Below, one piece after another: positions 10,005 through 20,229 of a stretch of 64,000 bases of DNA. Positions within the stretch are counted from its first letter, which is position 1. The number at the start of each line of letters is the position of its first letter. The DNA lies in the NCBI GenBank assembly GCA_029856145.1, contig JAHQWK010000012.1:64001-128000 (forward strand). The letters are read 5' to 3'. The position numbers and the translations under genes are program-made. Origin of the DNA: Promethearchaeia archaeon. GTDB lineage: Archaea > Asgardarchaeota > Lokiarchaeia > Sigyniarchaeales > SOKP01. Under the pieces are notes generated by a model. That model was not told the DNA's origin. It searched no databases and was given only the letters and a program-made list of their open reading frames with translations.

Positions 10005-10715
10005 TTATATTTTTAATCCGAAATACATGAGCCAGAAGCTACTTAAATACCCAATTCTAACTATAATTCCTAAAAATCCCGGAGCAGTTAATCCCTCTAA
10101 TAATCCAAATATACAAAACAATATAGAACCCACTGATAGGAACAAAAAATTTTTACGAATAACACCTGTAGATTGAAATCCTTTATATAAAAATCCAAAT
10201 CCGAGGAATACGAGAACCGATAATAAACACGCACCCATTAAAATTCCCGCTAGTGAAGTTAATTTTACATTATAATCAATTAAATTTATAGTCGGTGGAG
10301 TATATGGAGTCGGATTAAAATTAAAAGAAGATAAGGGATAAAGAAATATAATAATTTCGAAGAATATTGTAATAACCAGGAATATAATTGTAATATGTCT
10401 TTTTATTTTCGGTGTCAATGATTGTGCACCTATATACATCGCTGTTACTATTGCAGGAGCAAACCAAATGTATGATAATATCGCGACAATACCATTATTA
10501 GGCATATTTTGTTGAAATATAAAAACAGAGAGAAAATCCAAGAATACACCTAAGAACATAAGGCCAGCAAATAAGGTTGTTAAACCTAAATATGTAAGTA
10601 GCTTTGCATTTATTTTTCTAGATCTATAAATAAAGAATAAACCAAATAATATACCAAAGATCACTACTCCTGAAGCAGTGATACCATCAATCCAACCGGT
10701 AACATCTAAAGGCAA
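10005..10715 (-). CDS. Seven-transmembrane membrane protein, unknown function
   Basis: Seven hydrophobic stretches of ~20 aa with short loops; TTG start. Confidence 0.7.
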   Translation of the reverse strand: MPLDVTGWIDGITASGVVIFGILFGLFFIYRSRKINAKLLTYLGLTTLFAGLMFLGVFLDFLSVFIFQQNMPNNGIVAILSYIWFAPAIVTAMYIGAQSLTPKIKRHITIIFLVITIFFEIIIFLYPLSSFNFNPTPYTPPTINLIDYNVKLTSLAGILMGACLLSVLVFLGFGFLYKGFQSTGVIRKNFLFLSVGSILFCIFGLLEGLTAPGFLGIIVRIGYLSSFWLMYFGLKI

Positions 10716-10877
10716 ATTAAATTTTCACCATATTTTATACTTTTAATCATTGGAAAAAGAAATGATTATCTGTTAATAATATTATCTTCCCGATTAATAA
10801 ATAATATACTATAGTGGAAGGATGCTGATCAAAAGTAAATTTTATAGCAAAGAAATTAAAAAATTGATCAGATTAAA

Positions 10878-11153
10878 TTAATCTTTAACATTTTCTAAGA
10901 TTGAGATAATTCGGTAAATTGTAGTGCGGGCATGAAAAGGAATATTCGGATCTTGTGAGAGATCATCCACCATGTACATTACATTACTGGCAAGAACGCC
11001 CGGAGTTTCATCTTCCTTAAGTAATTCATTTATGCCTCTTTGTGCAACTCTCTTAATATTTCTGGGCACGCTGCGGTCATTTATCATTCCATTTAAAAGG
11101 TATTCAACATTTTCAAAGGCTTGTTTTTCTTCATCAGTTATTGCCCTTGGCAT
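10878..11153 (-). CDS. UPF0147 family protein
   Basis: D.SVPRNIKR, DPNIPFHART. Confidence 0.85.
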   Translation of the reverse strand: MPRAITDEEKQAFENVEYLLNGMINDRSVPRNIKRVAQRGINELLKEDETPGVLASNVMYMVDDLSQDPNIPFHARTTIYRIISILENVKD

Positions 11154-11247
11154 TTAAAAATTCACCAAAAGAAGTGCATATAATAGATAGGAAATTAAAA
11201 AGTAAAATTTTTTTTTAAATATAATTTTTTTGATTTTAAACTAATAT

Positions 11248-14160
11248 TTAATAAATCCCAAATTCACGAATTTGTCTTTTTAGTGTAGGGATATTTTCAT
11301 CAAATTCCTTTATTTTAATTTGATATTGATGAAAAAATTCACTAAATCTCTTTATTTTTCCATGTTCAATTTCTTTGACAAAATCATGAGAGGTTTTTTG
11401 TACACTATTGAAGATTAGATTAAATTGTTCAGTTGAGGAAAAAAGTTTTTGATTTACTTCTTTGCCTTGCTTTCTTACCATATTCCGAAGTTTACCACGA
11501 GGAATTCGAATTTTTTCTAACAATCTATCACATTCACTGAGAAATTTATAAGATTGAGTTTTATTTTCATCATCCAGTTTAGCTTCAATTATTTCAGTTC
11601 TCCATGTGTTTATTCTTCCTCTAGCAAATGTATCAAAGTTCAAAGAAATGGAATCAATCCCTTCTCTTACCAAAAATCTAAGAAATTCGGGGTCATCACT
11701 TGGAGCCTGACCACATATACCCACTTTTCTACCAAATTGATGAGCTGTTTTAATTAAATGACTTACTGATCTCCTTATTGCTTCACTGTTAGTGTTATAA
11801 TTGTAATTATTCATTAAAGGTATCATTTTTTCATTATCTCTTCCGACACCATATGTTAATTGAGTTAAATCATTAGATCCAATTGAAAATCCGTCGAAAT
11901 ATTGGCTAAATATATCAGCACAAATTATATTAGAAGGAATTTCTGCCATTACATACACCTTTAATCCATTTTGACCTCGAATCAGACCTTCACTTTCCAT
12001 GATTTCTATGATCTTTTGGGCTTCCTCTGGACTTCTACAAAATGGTAGCATAGGAATAATATTTGATAATCCCCAATCTCTAGCTTTTTTAATCGCTCTT
12101 AATTCTAAAATAAAAGCTTGTTGAAATTCATCATGAACATAACGAGAACAACCTCTAAAGCCTAACATAGGGTTATTCTCTTCGCTCTCATAAATCCACC
12201 CACCCATAAGATTAGCATATTCATTTGTTTTGAAATCTGAGAGTCGTACAACGCATTCAGCTATATTTCCATCAGATAATATTTTCCACACTCCAGCAGC
12301 AATTGTAGCAATTCCTTCTGCTAATTTCTGCACATAGAATTCTTCTTTATCAGAATAACTGATTGTAAGTTCCCTAATTTTATCTAGGGTTTGTTTTAAC
12401 CTTAAAATTTCCTGACTAAAAGGATCTTTATGATATAGATCACTTTTCTTTATATTTTCAATTTTTTTTCTTTGTTCTAATAGAATATCATACCTCATTA
12501 TTAGGGCTCCAAAATCAATTAATGCATTTGGATGGATCTGAATTTCATCATTTATAATGAATTCAAGTCTAGCCAATCCAGTGCCGTCTGGATGCTTTCC
12601 TGCAGATAATGCTCCTTTAGGAATTCCCAAATTAACCAAAACTTTAGTTTTTGTAGAGGGAAGTTTTGCGAATTCAATTGTATCAAAATCATATTCTACA
12701 TCTTTAAGCCAGATGCGCGGTTCTCCTTCACTACAATCAATTGTTACGTATTCTAATCCATTACGTTGTTGTTCTTTCATTATTTGAACAATATTATCTG
12801 CTCCTACTATAGAAGCAATATTCAACTCCCTTGAGACTATTGCTGCATGACATGTAGGACCTCCTCTCTCTGTAATTACACCTCCTAAATTTTGCATATA
12901 TGAAGTCCAATCAGGATTGGTTTCTTCTGTTATAAGGATATCTCCTTCTCGTAATAGATAAGCATCATTTATAGATTCTATTATTTTAACTTTTCCATAA
13001 CCAATTCTTCGACCAATGGCAATACCAGTGTTCTCAACGAATAATCCTTCTTCCATTAATTTATCTGGATCTTCTAAAAGATAAAATATCTCTTCAACAT
13101 CACCTTTAATACTATGAACAGTTTCAGGACGTGCTTGAACAATATAAATCTTACCATTATTCCCAATGGCCCATTCAATGTCCATTCTTCTACGATAATG
13201 TTCTCTAATTTTTTGAGCATATTCGGCTAAAGTTAAGACCTCATCTTCTGTTAAACAGTATTGCATTTGTTTTTCTTGTGGTACAAGGACTACTTCTGTG
13301 CCTATTTGTTCTCTACTCTTAGAAAAAATCATCATTTTTTCTTTTTTCACAAGCTCATGTCGAATTATTCTAAGTTGCTTTGGATCATGTTTAAAAACAA
13401 TAAACTCATCCCCTTTTTCAATTCCTTGTACGATTAATTCTCCCAAACCCCACGTACCTCTAATAACAAGAACGTTTGGATTGCCTGAATCTGGGTCTTC
13501 CGTGAACATTACACCAGATGCTTTTACACCTCCTCGTCCACCAGCCATTTCTTGGACTCCCACTGAAAGTTTTACGTCAAAATGATCAAACCCAGCTCTT
13601 TCTCGGTACATAGTTGCTCTTGTAGTGAATACAGAAGCCATATCTTTTAGAATATATTCTAAGATTTCTTTATCACCAGAGATATTCAAATGTGTATCTT
13701 GCTGTCCTGCAAATGATGCATCGGGTAGGTCTTCAGCTGTAGCAGAGCTTCTTACAGCAAATGTAGAGTCTTCTCCAATTTTCTCAATCAATTTGCTATA
13801 AGCGTCTAATATCTCATCAGCTAAAGAATCAGGAATTTTTGATTGCTCAATGATATACCTAATATTTGCGCAAAATTTATCAACTTTTTCGACTGCCTTG
13901 ATATCCTCTAACTTTAATTCATTTGATATTCTGTTAATATCTCTTGCAATCAATTCTCGAAGTGAAACTTCTTTTTCTTTAATTGTATAAAAGTTGGTAT
14001 CTAATACATAATCGAAGGCTTCTGAAGTTACAGCAAAACCAAGCGGAACAGAAACTCCAAAACTTAATAATTCTCCTAGAGATGCGTTTTTCCCTCCTAC
14101 GAGAGGAACATCACTTATTCTAACATCTTCAAAGAACTTAATATATCTATAATCTTTCAT
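11248..14160 (-). CDS. ppsA: Phosphoenolpyruvate synthase (pyruvate, water dikinase)
   Basis: VGGKNASLGE, AVRSSATAEDLPDASFAGQQDT, phospho-His GGPTCHAAIVSRE, FSIGSNDLTQL, GICGQAPSD. Confidence 0.93.
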   Translation of the reverse strand: MKDYRYIKFFEDVRISDVPLVGGKNASLGELLSFGVSVPLGFAVTSEAFDYVLDTNFYTIKEKEVSLRELIARDINRISNELKLEDIKAVEKVDKFCANIRYIIEQSKIPDSLADEILDAYSKLIEKIGEDSTFAVRSSATAEDLPDASFAGQQDTHLNISGDKEILEYILKDMASVFTTRATMYRERAGFDHFDVKLSVGVQEMAGGRGGVKASGVMFTEDPDSGNPNVLVIRGTWGLGELIVQGIEKGDEFIVFKHDPKQLRIIRHELVKKEKMMIFSKSREQIGTEVVLVPQEKQMQYCLTEDEVLTLAEYAQKIREHYRRRMDIEWAIGNNGKIYIVQARPETVHSIKGDVEEIFYLLEDPDKLMEEGLFVENTGIAIGRRIGYGKVKIIESINDAYLLREGDILITEETNPDWTSYMQNLGGVITERGGPTCHAAIVSRELNIASIVGADNIVQIMKEQQRNGLEYVTIDCSEGEPRIWLKDVEYDFDTIEFAKLPSTKTKVLVNLGIPKGALSAGKHPDGTGLARLEFIINDEIQIHPNALIDFGALIMRYDILLEQRKKIENIKKSDLYHKDPFSQEILRLKQTLDKIRELTISYSDKEEFYVQKLAEGIATIAAGVWKILSDGNIAECVVRLSDFKTNEYANLMGGWIYESEENNPMLGFRGCSRYVHDEFQQAFILELRAIKKARDWGLSNIIPMLPFCRSPEEAQKIIEIMESEGLIRGQNGLKVYVMAEIPSNIICADIFSQYFDGFSIGSNDLTQLTYGVGRDNEKMIPLMNNYNYNTNSEAIRRSVSHLIKTAHQFGRKVGICGQAPSDDPEFLRFLVREGIDSISLNFDTFARGRINTWRTEIIEAKLDDENKTQSYKFLSECDRLLEKIRIPRGKLRNMVRKQGKEVNQKLFSSTEQFNLIFNSVQKTSHDFVKEIEHGKIKRFSEFFHQYQIKIKEFDENIPTLKRQIREFGIY

Positions 14161-14270
14161 ATTAACGAGAAACCCCTAATCAATGGAATTATGCGAAGTT
14201 CTCTAATAATAATAATTATTCTTCTAATTATAAATTAAACGTTAATAAAAAAAGTAACGTCAAAACTTGA

Positions 14271-14789
14271 TTAATTTAACTCCTTTTCAAAAACCTCAAA
14301 ATCAGAAGTAGTAAATAGGCAAAAGATCACTTTCCTAATTTGAGTTTTTCCTTGTAGGTATTCTTTGGTTATTGTAATCATAATTTTAGCACATCGATCA
14401 ATAGGATATCCAAAAATACCTGTCGAGATGGCTGGAAATGCGATTGTTTTAAGTTGATACTCATCCATTAATTTTAAACTATTAAGTGTTGCATTCTTTA
14501 GTTTAAGATCTTCATCTCCTTCTCCTATTCGTGGTCCTACAGCATGAATTACATGTTTAGCCTTAAGATTTCCTCCGGTTGTTATAACTGCACCTCCAAC
14601 AAAAGTACCACCTATTTTATTACATTCCTGCTGAATTTTTGGACCTCCTTTTTTCTTGATAGCTCCAGCTACGCCTCCCCCTAATATAAGTTGAGCATTA
14701 GCGGCGTTAACGATAACATCAGTATCTAATTCAGTAATGTCACCTTGAACTAAGCTAATTACTGAATTTCCCACTTTTAATTCTTTCAT
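14271..14789 (-). CDS. Macrodomain protein (ADP-ribose/O-acetyl-ADP-ribose hydrolase, MacroD type)
   Basis: GDITE, IVNAAN, GGGVAGAI, VIHAVGP, AFPAISTGIFGYP. Confidence 0.92.
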   Translation of the reverse strand: MKELKVGNSVISLVQGDITELDTDVIVNAANAQLILGGGVAGAIKKKGGPKIQQECNKIGGTFVGGAVITTGGNLKAKHVIHAVGPRIGEGDEDLKLKNATLNSLKLMDEYQLKTIAFPAISTGIFGYPIDRCAKIMITITKEYLQGKTQIRKVIFCLFTTSDFEVFEKELN

Positions 14790-14844
14790 AACTAATGTTA
14801 ATTCTTATTTTTAATAAGATAAGAAATAAAAATAAAATTTGAAT

Positions 14845-15555
14845 TTATTTTTCTTCACTGCCTTTTTTGAAGATTTCATCTAGTTTAGCCCTATCGTCAT
14901 CAGACATTTTACTCATAGCTTCCATGTTTTGTCGCATTAAATCTATCATAATTTTTTGTGAAATCATTTGATTCAAGACAGGTAAGGCAATTCTCATTCG
15001 AGTTAATTCATAATGCATAGTCTTTGCAGTATCTCGCATCTCTTTTAATTCTTCGGTGGTCATTTCTTCTTCACCAATACCTGGACAATCAGCATCAACA
15101 ACAATAAAGTTTTTACCATCAAACTCAAGTGGATATGTACGACAACTTAATGGACGATTATCATAAATCAAACACTTTTTATCATCTTTATTATATAAAG
15201 GGCATTTAACATTAAGCAACTCTTCTATGGGTACAGTAGCAAATGGATCTTTCATATCCTTTTTTTCTTCACCTTCTTTTTGAGGAGGTGGTAAGGGTTT
15301 TAAGATTAAATCAATCCCAGTGTCAGGCTTGTTGTATATATCTAAGTATGGCATAAAATTAGCTAAAACACCATTTTTTGCCCACATCTCTAAATCCCAA
15401 AATGTAATAGGAATTGGACCACGGGAAAGACAGCAAGAATCACATTTGGTGCATTTAAAAGTAAATTTTGCTTTAGGTTTTTCTTTTTCACCATCTTCCT
15501 GTTTTTCAGCTTCTTTTACTTCTGAAGCCTGAGTTTCTTTTTCTTCATCTACCAT
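14845..15555 (-). CDS. YkgJ/CxxCxxCC cysteine cluster protein
   Basis: FKCTKCDSCC, CPLY, CLIYDNRPLSCRTYP, CPGIG. Confidence 0.85.
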   Translation of the reverse strand: MVDEEKETQASEVKEAEKQEDGEKEKPKAKFTFKCTKCDSCCLSRGPIPITFWDLEMWAKNGVLANFMPYLDIYNKPDTGIDLILKPLPPPQKEGEEKKDMKDPFATVPIEELLNVKCPLYNKDDKKCLIYDNRPLSCRTYPLEFDGKNFIVVDADCPGIGEEEMTTEELKEMRDTAKTMHYELTRMRIALPVLNQMISQKIMIDLMRQNMEAMSKMSDDDRAKLDEIFKKGSEEK

Positions 15556-15674
15556 TTAAAATCTCACTTAATATATGTTTATAAAGATATAATATTATAA
15601 AATCAGTTTGAGAAAGAAGAATTCAATCTAACAAAAAAATTTTATTTTTATTCTTAATAAATATATTTGAAACT

Positions 15675-16274
15675 TTATGATACAATAAATAATTTTTCAT
15701 CATTCAGTAAACGTCCAAGATTCACCAACGCCGGTTCGATGACTTTTTTTTCACTTACTCCTGTAAAAACTATTTTACCCGTACTAAATATCAAAAAAAC
15801 TGATTTTACTGGAGTGGATGAATGATATATTAATCCGGGGAAAACTTCTGGTTCATAAATATTATTATCAAGTCTTAATGCTGCTCGATCCAAATTAATT
15901 TGTTTGTAGAAGTTCGCAGTTATTACAATATTTACTACCTTAGGATGTATTGAATTTTTATTGATATTGCTCTCAAGAATTTCATTAAGCTTTAAAATCA
16001 ACCGGGCTAAAGCCAAATTGATGTGATCAAATGATTTTAATCCCGTTAAAATCAGTTTTCCATTCTTGAAAAGAATTATTACGCATTTTGGATGTTTAAT
16101 TCTAACAAAAAGCCCTGGAAAGCGTTCTGAATCATATTCAGCATTCTTTAATTCCTCTGAAACCTTGTTTAAATCAATATCCTCTCCCAGATCCAGCGAT
16201 GTTTTAACAACAATATTCTGAATAGTATAAGTTAAACTTCTAATATCATCTTTTTGTGTTATGTCAAGATCCAT
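15675..16274 (-). CDS. tbp: TATA-box binding protein (divergent paralog)
   Basis: Two repeats: IQNIV..YDSERFPGL..LFKNGKLILTG and VVNIV..YEPEVFPGL..LIFSTGKIVFTG. Confidence 0.9.
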   Translation of the reverse strand: MDLDITQKDDIRSLTYTIQNIVVKTSLDLGEDIDLNKVSEELKNAEYDSERFPGLFVRIKHPKCVIILFKNGKLILTGLKSFDHINLALARLILKLNEILESNINKNSIHPKVVNIVITANFYKQINLDRAALRLDNNIYEPEVFPGLIYHSSTPVKSVFLIFSTGKIVFTGVSEKKVIEPALVNLGRLLNDEKLFIVS

Positions 16275-16585
16275 AAATGGACTCCTAAAGTTTTCTTCCG
16301 CCTAAATTATTACATTTAGATATTAAGTTGCCATTCTATTTAATTCTACTTTTTCAATTAAAATCAATCAAAAATTCTTAATGAGGGAAGTTTCTTCATT
16401 TTTGTGTGTGTTTTAGATGAAATTTAAAAAAAGTGAACAAAATAAAAAAATTACAGTTTTTTTAACTACTTCAAAAATGATATAATAATTAAAATTAAAT
16501 AGATTAGCAACATAACCTTTCTAATAAAAATTTTTAATGAAGCATAATTTGTACCTTTATATAAGAGTCTTAATAAACATCCATC

Positions 16586-16819
16586 ATGAAGCAATTAACA
16601 TTGAAAAAAATATTAATCTGGGTAATGTTGACAATTAACTTATTATTTGCATTTTTTATTGGTTTAACAATTCCCTTATTACAATCAGAGAGTTTTATGA
16701 ATCTTGGATTTATAATGATTCCATTATTAATTATTCTTAATTATGTAATCTTAGATAGGTTTCACTATTATTTGAAGCATACAACCCAAGAAGAGGATAG
16801 AACAGATGCAAAAGCTTAA
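16586..16819 (+). CDS. Small two-TM protein overlapping the archaeosortase start
   Basis: Two hydrophobic helices; 14-nt overlap with the next gene. Confidence 0.6.
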   Translation: MKQLTLKKILIWVMLTINLLFAFFIGLTIPLLQSESFMNLGFIMIPLLIILNYVILDRFHYYLKHTTQEEDRTDAKA

Positions 16820-17675
16820 GGAATGGTCCAATCTAAAGAAGCCTATTATTGAATATAATGAAAAAAAATATATTTTTTCTATAAGATCTCTGATTTTGTT
16901 CGCTATCGGAGCACCAATATCTGCTTATCTTATATATTTGTTTTTTGATTTGAGAATCAATTATTGGTTGCATGAAATTGTCGTAAAGCAGACAGTATAT
17001 TTTCTAAATTTGTTTTTCAATATGAGCGCAGAAGCTCAATTCGTTCCAAGCGGGATATATGATTGGAGATTTTTTATCCCTGGCAAAACTCCCATCTATT
17101 TTGAAACTTTTTGTACCGGAATTCAAGCAATCTGTATTTTTGCAGGAATTATAATTTTCACGCCCCATAGTCAAGACCCAACTACAAAAGAGGATATCAT
17201 ATGGAGGAAAACAAAAGCACTTATAGTATCATCAGTTATCTTTTATGTTGTGAATATTATACGAATGTTAATTCAAATAGAATTATATCACATCGATTAT
17301 GAATGGAATGATATTCACGTATCAATAAGTGCAGCTTCTTCTTTTATTGCGGCAATTATCGTCTTGTTGATGCACAAGTGGATTCCAGAATTTATAATAT
17401 CAATAATATATACTGGAACTCTCGCAAGTGAGCCCATAAAGCAAAATAGGAAAAAAAAAGTGAAAGAAATAGTGGAAAAAACAAATAAAGTTAAAATGAA
17501 GATAATGCGTAAAATTTTAAGAATAGAGAAAAAAAATTTTTCACGAGATATTTCTGCTTGGTCAAAAGATTTTGGATATATCATTGACGGAGATGATTTA
17601 GTTATTTCGCCTGAAAAAGTTTCAAAATTTATTGAATTATTAATGCAAGATAAACCTTTCAAAAAAGAAGCATAG
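16806..17675 (+). CDS. Archaeosortase (exosortase/archaeosortase family) with soluble C-terminal extension
   Basis: Cys-Arg-His triad: ETFCTG, NIIRM, NDIH; multi-TM. Confidence 0.8.
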   Translation: MQKLKEWSNLKKPIIEYNEKKYIFSIRSLILFAIGAPISAYLIYLFFDLRINYWLHEIVVKQTVYFLNLFFNMSAEAQFVPSGIYDWRFFIPGKTPIYFETFCTGIQAICIFAGIIIFTPHSQDPTTKEDIIWRKTKALIVSSVIFYVVNIIRMLIQIELYHIDYEWNDIHVSISAASSFIAAIIVLLMHKWIPEFIISIIYTGTLASEPIKQNRKKKVKEIVEKTNKVKMKIMRKILRIEKKNFSRDISAWSKDFGYIIDGDDLVISPEKVSKFIELLMQDKPFKKEA

Positions 17676-17733
17676 TAAATTTTATCTTCTTTTTAATATT
17701 GAATTTTACTAATAAACGTCCTTTTATTGAATT

Positions 17734-18636
17734 ATGTTAAATATTGAAACTGAGCAAAAAGAAATCCAAATAGCTAATGTTAAATTTGGTGGTCCGCCAG
17801 GTAAAAATCCAATTGTTATGATAGCCACTGTTTTTTATACAAAACATGCCGCTTTGTTGGATGAAAAAACAGGTAAATTTGATAAATCTATTCTCGAAAA
17901 GGAATTAAATGATTTTACAGAAATTATTGAAGAAACACAATTACAAGGAGTAATTGATGTTGTTGGGGCATATCCAGATGCGCTTATAAAAGAATGTGAA
18001 TTTGTTGCTGATAATGTGGAATATCCTTTTTTAGTTGATGGGTTGAACGATTCATCTAGAATTCCTGCAATGAAAGGATTAGATGAAATGGGGTTATCAG
18101 ATCGAGCTATATTAAATAGTATCGATGAAAATACAACTGATGATAACTTAGAGAAACTGAAAGAAATTGGTGTAAAAAATGCTGTGTTACTAACATTTGG
18201 AAATAAATATCTTTTTCCACATCAGAAGTTAAAATTCTTAAAAGAAACCTTAATTCCTAAAGTTCAAAAAGCAAACATTGACAAATATATTGTTGATACA
18301 GCTGTATTAGACTTACCTTCAATTTCCATTAATTTTGAATCAACAAGATTAATTAAAAAAGAATTAGGATTACCAACCGGATTCGCTCCTGCTAATGCGA
18401 TATATGGATGGAGTTTTATTAAAAATTTTGGTGAAGTTGCTCGATGTGGAGCAATTGCTTCCATAATGACTTATTGTGCAACGGCTCCTAGTGATTTTAT
18501 TTTGTTTGGACCAATAAAATTTGCCAAATGCGTTATACCTGCAATTTCTTTAATTTCAGGGGTAAATTCTTACTATCAAAAAAGAGTTAAAAGACAAAAA
18601 GTATCTGATAGAAGTCCATTAAACATCATTTTTTAA
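17734..18636 (+). CDS. Stand-alone MtrH-family methyl-corrinoid:pterin methyltransferase
   Basis: GGPPGKNPIVMIATVFY.KH, DEKTGKFDK, ILNSI, DTAVLD, GLPTG.APAN, DFILFGPI. Confidence 0.85.
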   Translation: MLNIETEQKEIQIANVKFGGPPGKNPIVMIATVFYTKHAALLDEKTGKFDKSILEKELNDFTEIIEETQLQGVIDVVGAYPDALIKECEFVADNVEYPFLVDGLNDSSRIPAMKGLDEMGLSDRAILNSIDENTTDDNLEKLKEIGVKNAVLLTFGNKYLFPHQKLKFLKETLIPKVQKANIDKYIVDTAVLDLPSISINFESTRLIKKELGLPTGFAPANAIYGWSFIKNFGEVARCGAIASIMTYCATAPSDFILFGPIKFAKCVIPAISLISGVNSYYQKRVKRQKVSDRSPLNIIF

Positions 18637-20135
18637 GCAATATACCTTAATAATAAATCTTGAGTGTATTTTAAGAATCCTTTCAATTCTGTTTTTATCT
18701 TTTCTTTTTTATTTTCATCATCTACTAAAAATAAAAAGAACATAATATTATCTTCAATTTTAATTCTTTGAAAAATAATTACAGAATTAGCAACTTTAAA
18801 TACTGCCTCATCTTGCTTTAATGCTTTAAATTTTGCAAAGATTTTAAATAATACAGCAAATTGAGGTGCTGAAACTTCAAAAACATTAATTACTTCTGAT
18901 TTTGGAATTTTAGTTAATTCCATTGCCTGGTTACTGTAATAATCAGCAAGAACTAATCCATCAACACTTAGTAATTGTGTCAAATAAGTATCTGTCATTA
19001 ATGAAAAATTTTTTAGATTATGATTTATCAAATCTCTATTAGGACTTAACTTTGAGATTCCTGAAGAGAATGCGCGCAATATAGTAAAGATTTGAAATAT
19101 TGTTGTTATGTAGATTTCAATTAGTTCAAATTGGCTAATTTCCTTTAATTTACTTTCGATAAATTCAATATTATCTTTAATTTCTTCTGAATCTAAGATA
19201 TCTGAGTCTCCTTTTGATAATATATAGATAATTGGTGTAGTTTGATTAAATTCTTTTATAACATCTTTTAAATTTTGGAGGTATTCAATACTTTCATCGA
19301 ATCTAGATTTATTTTTAATATCTATAAAGTAAAACATTAAATCTGCTTCATATAAATAAATTTCCGCTTTATCAATGTATTTCTCTCGAAATCTTTTTTG
19401 TCCACCCAGATCCCATAGAAATATTGTTGCCCCTAAAGCCTCAATAGATTTAATACTTGCCCCTACTGTGGGTTTAAGTCCAATTAATTTACTATATTTG
19501 CGATCTACAGAAAGTAGAAAGCTAGTTTTCCCACTATCGTCTAATCCCGCCATTAAAATCTTCATCTTCCTATGAGTTGTAATAGGGGTAGAAGGACTCT
19601 GTTCAATTTCAATTATTTTTGATAAAAGGTCTTGAAATTTACTTTGAATATCTTCACGTGGGGGATATGAATTACTTATTTCTTCGTCAAAATTCGTGAA
19701 AAACTCAAAAACTACTGGTTTGATTCGATTTATGTTGTTATATAAAAAGCTACGCCTATTTTCTTCTACTAATATTGAAAATGCTGTAGGTACCGCAGCA
19801 CTTTCAGAATTTATTCTTATAAAATGAAAATATGTAAGTGAAGTTGTTTTAAAATCAGGATAAGGTAATATCGCAAAATATTGAATTTTTCGAAGATCTT
19901 TTTCTTCAGTAATTATTTTATCACTGATAAACAGACTTAAGTTTTTTATCGAAATTTGAGTTATATCCCTATACGATAAAATAAGATCATCTTGGTTCCT
20001 TTGCTCAATAGTAAGTTCCTTTAATTCTTTCTCGGTAATATAATTAGGGAAAGAGTAAATCGGGGAAGGTCCTAACTCACCATATACGCTAAAGATAAAT
20101 CCTTTGACAATTGAAGTTCTAAGTAATTCTTCCAT
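18633..20135 (-). CDS. uDENN/longin + Rag/Arf-like GTPase + roadblock-like domain fusion
   Basis: SVYGELGPSP; GLDDSGKT, PTVG, WDLGGQ, SKGD; C-terminal LLSVDGLVLA roadblock-like strand. Confidence 0.8.
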   Translation of the reverse strand: MEELLRTSIVKGFIFSVYGELGPSPIYSFPNYITEKELKELTIEQRNQDDLILSYRDITQISIKNLSLFISDKIITEEKDLRKIQYFAILPYPDFKTTSLTYFHFIRINSESAAVPTAFSILVEENRRSFLYNNINRIKPVVFEFFTNFDEEISNSYPPREDIQSKFQDLLSKIIEIEQSPSTPITTHRKMKILMAGLDDSGKTSFLLSVDRKYSKLIGLKPTVGASIKSIEALGATIFLWDLGGQKRFREKYIDKAEIYLYEADLMFYFIDIKNKSRFDESIEYLQNLKDVIKEFNQTTPIIYILSKGDSDILDSEEIKDNIEFIESKLKEISQFELIEIYITTIFQIFTILRAFSSGISKLSPNRDLINHNLKNFSLMTDTYLTQLLSVDGLVLADYYSNQAMELTKIPKSEVINVFEVSAPQFAVLFKIFAKFKALKQDEAVFKVANSVIIFQRIKIEDNIMFFLFLVDDENKKEKIKTELKGFLKYTQDLLLRYIA

Positions 20136-20229
20136 TCTTTTAATGTTTGAATTTTAAGTTTTTAATTAGTTAATTACTTAACTTAATTTAAGCAAATTTA
20201 ATTATTAATAGCTTTATATTTAAATATAG

